The notes below the pieces were generated by a model, which was not told the origin of the DNA, did not search any database, and worked only from the letters and a program-made list of their open reading frames with translations. A stretch of 64,000 bases of DNA, from positions 111,456 to 175,455 of the forward strand of contig MU053209.1 in the NCBI GenBank assembly GCA_013239625.1, given 5' to 3'. Position 1 is the stretch's first letter. The number at the start of each line of letters is the position of its first letter. This document shows positions 55,452 to 64,000 of the stretch, piece after piece. The stretch is from Lama guanicoe (Eukaryota). Made by a program: the position numbers and the translations under genes.

Positions 55452-56427
55452 CAAATTTGGATGACTCACATATTACTATTTCAAAATTTACTTAGATATA
55501 AAACTTAGTTACAATTTATAGTGATCAAGACCATGGGAACTCAGCAGAGAGACAGACATGTACAATTGAGAGTCCTAGCTGAACCACCATACGTATTATC
55601 AACTTATTTTCCATAAAGAGGGCAAGACAATTCCATGATGGAATGAATAGTCTTTTCAAAAACAGTACTTGAGGGGATTGGAAAAATGTGGTCAAATGGT
55701 ACAAACTTTCAGTTATAAAGTAAGTACTAGAGATGTAATTTATAACATGATTAATATAATTAACACTGTTGTCTGTTATACATGAAAACTGTTCAGAGGG
55801 TACATCCTAAGCATTCTCATCCCAGGGAATTTTTTTTCTTTCATTTTGTAACTATATGAGATGATGGGTGTGCACTAAACTTATTGTGGTCATCACTGCA
55901 TGATGTACGTAAGCCAAATCATTATGCTGTATGTCTTAAACTTGTACAGTGCTGTATGTCAATTATATCTCAATAAAACTCAGAGAAAAAAATGGTGTTT
56001 GATAATTGGATATATGCATGAACAAGAATCAATTGGTCCCTGACCTTATAGCATACACAAAATTAAAATTACCCACTAAAATGTATTAAAGGCCTTAATG
56101 TAAAATGTTAAAACTATAAAACTCTTAGAGGAAAATATGAGTTAATATTTCTGATCTTTCACTGGGAAATGTCTTAGGACACCAAAAGCACAAATGATAA
56201 AAGAAAATAAATAGATAAAATTTTACTTCATAAACATTGAGAACTTTTACACCTGAAAAGACATTATTAAGAAAGTACAAATTCAACACAGGAGTAAGAT
56301 AAAATATTTACAAATATTATATCTCAGAAGAAATCCATGTCTAGGATTTTAAAAAATATTTAGAACTCAACAGTACAAAAAATAACCTAATTTTTTAACT
56401 CTCAGTTCATAAGACTGTAAAATGGTA
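53716..56427 (+). repeat. Gap-flanking about 1020-bp duplication (53716-54737 and 55406-56427; gap 54738-55405) starting in an (AAAT)n tract
   Basis: Direct alignment; 5 substitutions seen. Confidence 0.95.
53982..54302 (+). mobile_element. L1MA9-like 3'UTR nested in old L1 (duplicate at about 55672-55992)
   Basis: ggtcaaatggtacaaactttcagttataa...cttaaacttgtacagtgctgtatgtcaattatatctcaataaaac. Confidence 0.75.
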
Positions 56428-58552
56428 CCACCAGTTTGGAAAATAGTTTGGCAGTTCCTCTAAATGTTAAATGTAGAGTTTCCATATAACTCAGCAATAA
56501 CACTCCTGGGTATCTACCCAAGAGAAATGAAAGAAAAACACCTATACAAAACTTGTACACAAATGTTCATAGAATGCTATTCATAATAGATAAAATTGTA
56601 AACAACAGAAATGCCCATCAAGTGATGGATGTATAAACAAAATGTGCATGTTCCTATAAAGAAATATTATTTGGCAACAAAAAGGAATGACATACTGATA
56701 CGAACCACAGCATGGCTAAACCTTGAAGACTTAATGCTACATGAAAGTCGGTCACTAATGGCTACATATTATATAATTCAATTTATATTAAATATCCAGA
56801 ATGGGAAAATACATAGAAACAGAAAGTAGCTGAGTCATTATCTGGGGCTGGAGGAAAGGACAATTCAGGGTGACTGCTCATGGGCATGAGGTTCCTTTTT
56901 GGAGTGATGATGTGGTTCTGTAATTAAATAGCAGTGATAATTTCAAAAATTTGTAAATATACTAAAAACTACTGAAAATGTTTCAATTTTATGGCAAGTG
57001 AATTTCATCTTAATAAAGCTGTTATTTCAAGAAAAAAATGAAGGAACCCATTGGGTTATGCCCTCAAAGCTATATACACATATATACATGTCTCACAGTT
57101 CCTGTGCTAAAATTGCCACTTAATTGTCTAATTGAAAGACAAACAGGTTTTGTAAGTATTCATACAGTTGCACAGTGTGGATGAGGTGCCAGAGCAGGAG
57201 AGAGGCTGAAGAGGTGGTTTGTGGACTGGGTGTTGAAGGATGGCTTGTCACCAGCAAAATGGCAAAAGGGAACAGTGATAACACGCAGCATAGAATGGGA
57301 GTGAGGAATGAACAAATTGGAAGAGAGGTAGAGAAAATTATAAAGGACACAGAATTTCATCCTGAGAATTACGAAAATGCAATGAAGAATTCAGATGGGA
57401 CAGGGTAACCCAAACAGATGTTCATTAAGAAAAAAAAAATCACTTGAAATTTGATAACTGGTAAAAACAAAAGCAAAAAAGCAAACAACAACAAAACTAT
57501 AAGAACTAACGTTAGGGATAGAAGAGCTAAAACAGACCTACTGCTTTGAAATTCTGCCGTTACATTAATGCCTTCTTCCAAGGACTTTCAGTTGGTGTTG
57601 ACTTTTCTTAATGATGCTTTGTTTATTCTTCTCCCGCTTCCCCCAACTCTAAACAAAAATGCAGAATGATAATCCAAATGAAAGATATAAAATATATTTA
57701 GAAAATAATATTACTATCTAGTGTCTACTGAAAATATTTGAGAAATCCCTGGTTGTACACTTTACATTATGCCCCCTTTTTGGGCAAAATATTTCTGTGT
57801 GAGTGAGTATAATGATTCAATTCCATTAAACAATAATTGCTTCTCTGATTAAAATGACATTTTGTTAATCCTCCCTTTCTTTACCATAAATTTCTGTAGC
57901 AATATCTGACATCATTTCCACAGTTAAAGAGGAAAGTTTAACCAGAGAATATAAATACAGTCAGTAGAGATGAAAATAAATCATTACAACATCTGAATAC
58001 GTCTGAAAGAGTATTTATGTCTGCTCCTTAATAGTTATCCTACTTAAATTTTGTTCACTCATAATTTTCAGATAATGTTTTTCAGTTATTTTTATGGTGA
58101 CATGCTATAATTTACAAAATTATTAAATTATATATTTAGAGAGGAAATGAATGAGGCTCTTTCAAGTTTCTTTAGGCTAATTGTAGAGTGTATTTGCAAA
58201 ATGATTGCAATTGCCTGTTTATTCTACTGCTTGCTTATAATACCATCCTAATTGCCCCAAAGGGAATTCTTTTCAACAAAGATTGCTAACAAATATTTTT
58301 ACAAATTTATTTTAAGAAATGTTTCATTCTTTTAATGTATGTTTTATGTATTGAGCAAGCAAGCCTTTCCCTTGGTCTTTCAATTTTATCTCTCTTCAGA
58401 TTACTGCCAATGCAATTTTAATTAAATTTAGAAGTTAAACTACATATATAAAAGTAAATGTATTTAAAATATACAGGAATAAAATTTTCAAAAAGCAAAT
58501 AATTTCTTAAGTACACCAATATAACACATTTAAAATACTAAAATTCAGGGAA

Positions 58553-58724
58553 TTCCAAATTGGGAATTTGAAATTTGCACCTCTTGAGGAGTGATGGAGA
58601 TGTTAGCTATCTTGACTGTGGTGGCAGTTTCACTGGTGTGTACACCTATCAAAATTCATCAAATTGTACATCTGAAATACGTGTAGTTTACTGTATAGGA
58701 ATCACACCTTAATAAAGGTGTTAA
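58553..58724 (+). mobile_element. Short old-type L1 3'UTR with 13-bp TSD
   Basis: gagtgatggagatgttagctatcttgactgtggtggcagtttcac...aataaaggtgttaaa; TSD aaaattcagggaa at 58540-58552 and 58725-58737. Confidence 0.75.
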
Positions 58725-58916
58725 AAAATTCAGGGAAATAACTTGGCATCCAGTGAGTGTAGTTTCATCAAACATGAAGCTGAACAAAGGTCTTCTCAAG
58801 AAAACAAAGCTAAGAGAACTTGTGAGCAAATTAGACTACAAGAAACACTGAATTTCATTAGGTTGGGGAAAATTAATTCTGGATTGGAGTCTAGAGTGCA
58901 AGAAGAAAGGAACACC

Positions 58917-59239
58917 TCAAGAAAGGGCAACTAAGTGAATAAACATAAAAGATCGAGTGCATGAAGCAATCATCACAGTAATATCTGAGACATTTCTACC
59001 ACATTCAGAAATGAAATGCATAACAGAGTTGGGAGAAAAGAACTAAAGATAAATGGATTTAAACTGTTGCACGTTTATTCAAGAAAGGGCAACTAAGTGA
59101 ATAAACATAAAAGATTGAGTGCATGAAGCAATCAACACAGTAATATCTGAGACATTTCTACCACATTCAGAAATGAAATGCATAACAAGAGTTGGGAGAA
59201 AAGAACTAAAGATAAATGGATTTAAACTGTTGCACGTTT
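58917..59239 (+). repeat. Tandem duplication 2 x about 160 bp
   Basis: 58917-59076, spacer at, 59079-59239; 3 differences. Confidence 0.95.
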
Positions 59240-59299
59240 CTTGTATTATTTGGGATGAGATAAAAGCAGCAGTTTAAGTCAACAATAATTTAACAAAGT

Positions 59300-62070
59300 T
59301 TGAAATAATGAGAGAAACTATTAAAGAGTAATAGAAAAATATGTTACCAAAAGGGTAAGAGAGATAAGTCAAATAGAAACCAAAAAATACTTGACTAGTA
59401 CAAAAGAATACAGGATGGAATCAAGGAATGAAGAGCAGATGTGACAAATAGAAAACAAACAGCAAGATGGTAGACTTAAACCCAAGTACATCAATAATAA
59501 CATTAAATATGAATGGATTAAATGTTCCAATTAAAAGACAAAGATAGGACTGGGAGAATGGGAGAGAGAAAAAAATCTAATAATACTCTTTTTGTAAGAA
59601 ACAACTTCAAAAAGATGTGTTGAAAGTAAAATAAGTGAAAAAAAAATACTGTGCAAAAACTAACCTAAGGGAAGGTGGTGTGATAATGTTAATATTGAAT
59701 TAAGGAAATTTTAAGACATGGCAAAAATATGACCAGGCCTTCAAAACGCATTTTAAATTCAAATCTAAAAATGACAAAGGAAAGTACAATAATGATAAAA
59801 TATAAACCAAAAAGGAAGTAGAGTGTCTCAAAGTCAGGTAAGGTAAGACAAGATGTGTTATGAATGATAAAGTGGAACATTTTACAATAATAAAATAGTC
59901 AATAGACTAATATGATGATCCTAAATTTGGAAGCATATAACATATAAGTTTAAATTACATAAAGTAAAATTAACTAAAACAAAGAGAGAAAGACACAAAA
60001 TAAAAATCATCATTAGAGATTTTCAATATGCTTCTTTTGATAGTAAAAAAAAAAGTAAGAAATAAAAAGATTTTAACAACCTTGTTAAGCAAATTGTCTT
60101 ATTTGACAAATGCCACACACATAACTGTAAAAGGTCACATCAAATTTAACAAAATAGAGTATATTCTGGGCCATAAAGCAAATTTAAATAAATTTTTGTT
60201 AGGAAAAATAAAGTATATATTCTTTAACCATTACAGAAGTAAATTAAAACTCAATAATGATTTATTAACAAATGATAAGTATTTGTTAATAAAATAACAG
60301 ACTACTAAATAATCCATAGGACAAAGTAAAGTTACAATGAATATTAGAAAACATGTTAAGATGAAAATAATGAAATTATGGTATAACAAAATTTGTGGGA
60401 TATAGATAAAGTAGTTCTGGGGGATAAATTTAATACTTTAAAATGCACATATCAGACAAAAAGAGTTTAAATACCGTGACTCAAGCTCCCAACACAAGAA
60501 CCAAGAAAAATTGTTCATATGCCCTACAATGGCAAGGTAACTACAACCACCACAGGAGTGATGCTACGCATCCATGATGTAGGTCAGTGGAGCAGAATTT
60601 AAAGTCTGGAATAGCTCCAGTAACAAAATTTGTGGGATATAGATAAAGTAGTTCTGGGGAATTAATTTAATACTTTAAAATGCACATATCAGACAAAAAG
60701 AGTTTAAATACCATGACTCAAGCTCCCAACACAAGAACCAAGAAAAATTGTTCATAGGCCCTACAATGGCAAGGTAACTACAACCACCACAGGAGTGATG
60801 CTACCCATCCATGATGTAGGTCAGTGGAGCAGAATTTAAAGTCTGGAATAGCTCCATGTGTTTATAGACACTTGATTTATGATAAAGATGCCATCAAAAT
60901 TTATTATGAAAAAGTTTTAATCTTTTCCTATGAATCGTGTTGGAGCAATTAGATATCCATGTGGGAAAAAGAATGAACCCTAATCCTACTTTATACCATA
61001 TAGGTAAGCTAACTTGAGGTTGATTATAGATTTTATCAGGTTAACCAGATTCATATTAAAACAAAATCAACATTCTAGGGTTAAAAAATAAAACTTTGAG
61101 GGGAAAGTCTTCATGACCTTGGAGTAGTAATTTTTAAAATATTAATAAACATGAATACTAATCATAAAGGAACATAATTCATATAGCAACCTTATTAACA
61201 TAAAGAACTCCTACTCACCAAAAGAAATTAAAGTAAGTAAGTGATTCACAGAAAGGTAGAAGATATTCTGGGTACATGCATCTGAAAATGATCTGTATCC
61301 AGAATATATGAAGGATGCTGTGAATCAATTAAAAAAAGCAAAAGAATAAATTTTTTTAAATGGGCAAAGTTTTATAGAAGTATTTTACTAATGAGTTTAC
61401 TAATGAGTGTATTTAAATGATCAATAAGCATATGAAAAATATTCAACTTCAATAATCATCAGGGAAGGGAAGATTAAAACTACAATGAGATTATAGAATA
61501 CACTCATCAGAAAGGTGAAGATTAAGAAAAGACTGACAATGTGACTTACTGATCAGAAAGTAGCACCAGATCCCTCATACGATGTTGATGAGATTATTAG
61601 ACCAATTTTGAAAAAAAGTGCTTAGCAGTATCTACTAAAACTAAATGTACATATTTCCTAAGCCCATAGCACTCCCATGAAAAATTAGTTCAAATCCCAA
61701 CAAAGGATATTTGCACAAATATTTATAGCAAATGTACTCATGTAGAAAAAAAACCTGGAAGGAACACAGATGTACCAAGAAAAGGACAGACAATTTATAA
61801 TATTAGTTATAATGACATTCTACTATAAAACAAACAAAAAAAAAGGTCAGTCTCTCAATATATGTTATACTATAGATAAATTCACAATGTATCATGTTGA
61901 ACAAGAGGAAAACAGAAAAGATTACATAGGCTATTCATAATTTTATTTGAATTTCAACTACAGCAAAACCAATATATGATGATAAAAGTCAGGGTGGTAA
62001 TTATAGTCATTACTTCTGCAGTTTACTGATAGTATAAAGGAAACTTCTGGGGTGGTAAAATTACTATATT
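59300..62070 (+). mobile_element. Old internally deleted L1M (ORF2 start, endonuclease relic, C-terminus, 3'UTR)
   Basis: acattaaatatgaatggattaaatgttccaattaaaagacaaaga (TLNVNGLN.PIKR-like); tattctgggccataaagcaaattt; aaaactacaatgaga. Confidence 0.75.
60384..60856 (+). repeat. Tandem duplication 2 x 236 bp
   Basis: 60384-60619, spacer g, 60621-60856; about 5 differences. Confidence 0.95.
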
Positions 62071-62270
62071 TTATTTTTAATCAAAAATAAAAAATAATGT
62101 ATAACAAAACATATTACTTAAGTATGGATCAATTGGTAATTATAGTCATTACTTCTGCAGTTTACTGATAGTATAAAGAAACTTCTGGGGTGGTAAAATT
62201 ATTATATTTTATTTTTTATCAAAAATAAAAAATAATGTATAACAAAACATATTACTTAAGTATGGATCAA
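61995..62270 (+). repeat. Tandem duplication 2 x about 138 bp
   Basis: 61995-62132, spacer t, 62134-62270; 3 differences. Confidence 0.95.
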
Positions 62271-64000
62271 CATTGGAAAGTCTATTAAGATTAAAATATA
62301 AAAGCGATCAAATATATAATTTTATCAATTAGTGGAAACAATTTCTTATACTAGGAAAAATAAAGGACATTTTTCCAATGTCAACAATAACTCTAAGTTA
62401 AATGGAAATATATATTTTTTAATATATCTATATGTTTTCTGGGAAAAAAGAATAAAACATTATTAAAAAACAAAACAGAATATAAAGAAGGCTAACAAAT
62501 AAGTAGATGTTACATATCTGTTGGTGGTCAATACAACTTCAATTAAAATCTAGGCAGGGTTTTCTGTGAAACCTAAAAGGGATGGGGGGATTCTTAACCA
62601 GATATCAAGATTTATAATAAAATTTTAGAAATGAACACTGTGCAATATTTCACTTAGACTAATAGACAAATGAGCACAAAAGAAACACATAGATGCTATA
62701 ATATGTAATAACTTGACATATGATAAAATCTGTGTCAGTAAACAGGTGGTAAATGATAGACTATTAAATACCAAAATGCGAAAAGTGAATGTTACATTTG
62801 AGACATTACAAGGAAATAATCTAATGGTATTAAATTTACTAACTTCTTAAAAGATAATAGAGACACAAATATAAACAAAAAATAATGCCGCAATGCAAAT
62901 GAATAAGGACTGAGTATCCAAAACATACACTGAGCAAGCAGCCCAAAACATGAATAGTTATTACAAAAAAGAAAGCCAAGTCGTCAATAAATATAAGAAA
63001 ATCTTCTCTTCTTTCATAGTCATATGTGGGAACAACTTGAAGGAACAGTGAAATAATATTCCACACATAAGATCAACGAATGATACGCTTGGAATATACA
63101 ATGTTGATAAAGATGTGGAAAAAAAAGAAATTTTCATTCACTTGGATAATGATTTTGATAATTAGCAAAGTTGGAAATGATCTGTTTCAAGCAGAAGGAA
63201 CCCTGGGAACTTATCCCTAGGAAGCGCCATTTGTGTTGGTCCTGGGTATTAGACATTGAAGAGCCAGGGGAATAACAGGAGAGAGTTTTACAAAGAGATT
63301 AAAAAACAACAACAACAACAACAAAATGGCCATAGAAACACTGTAGGAATGAACGCTCCTCTACCAGATATCCTGAGCATTGACCACATCTACTATGTGG
63401 AGCCTTTCAAGTGGACACAAGAATATATATCCAAATTATTTTTATAGCCCTGGTTATATGACTTCCACTCAATACAACACAGAGATAAAACAGTCATATC
63501 TGAGGTCACTTCTAGAGACAACAGATGGTATCCACATCTCACAACTATCCAATACTGTTTGAATAGAGATGTCTGGCTTTTATTCCTTAATATGTTAGAT
63601 TTCAACAAGCTATTTTATTTTAATATAGGACTATAACACAAACAAACTTTGATAACCACCTATTCATATTTAAATAATGCCAAAAAGAAGACACTAGGCT
63701 CAAGGTCTCCAAGTCAGGTACCTGAATGGCTGGAATTAGAGATAGGATCTCTGGATTTTCAGCCCTGTGTTCACTACAGAAAAAGATCCACAGAAAATTC
63801 AGTGAGCACTATTGAGTGAAATGAGCCATGCATCCTATTTTGCGCATCTCTGTGCTGCATATATTTGATCAGAAATTGTAGGTGTAGGTAGAAGGTGTTG
63901 CAGAAAAAGCATCGTGGGCACACAGACCCGGTAAAGGCTTGCAGACTGATCCTGTCTATTAGGTGGGACTAACAATTTCAGTTAATATAGAAATTTTGCA

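Larger units (their letters stand above)
51301..57030 (+). mobile_element. Old L1M host element (ORF2 to 3'UTR) interrupted by younger L1 insertions and a gap
   Basis: ccatctctattcaatattgtatt|gaaggttgtaagg rejoins as the degenerate PLLFNIVLEVL RT segment; 3'UTR ends catcttaataaagctgtta at about 57025. Confidence 0.8.

Noticed and set aside
11049..55469. Long ORFs of 190-380 aa around the gaps
   Set aside because: Poly-X translations of N runs.

Overview
AT-rich, repeat-dense mammalian genomic DNA from a gapped short-read-style assembly (five N-gaps). The style of the young LINE-1 copies and the lack of recognisable Bov-tA/BovB, PRE-1 or CHR SINEs point to a camelid (inference). I find no credible protein-coding exon: the only ORFs with recognisable homology are LINE-1 ORF2 remnants (51974-52828). 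The window holds nested old and young L1s (several with target-site duplications, one with a twin-priming 5' inversion), two ERV1-type solo LTRs, ERVL/MaLR LTRs, L2/MIR relics and microsatellites. A repeat-poor block at about 17.5-34 kb carries promoter-like, enhancer-like and minus-strand splice-site signals. The most unusual property is the density of local duplications. They include a 2.2-kb tandem pair carrying a templated insertion copied from the neighbouring L1, a collinear patchwork copy at about 2-kb offset, and a duplicated pair whose 13 differences are all transitions (11 A/T vs G/C). Many may be haplotype or assembly artefacts. I see no evidence for a new gene system. Repeat subfamily names are from memory, not a database search.
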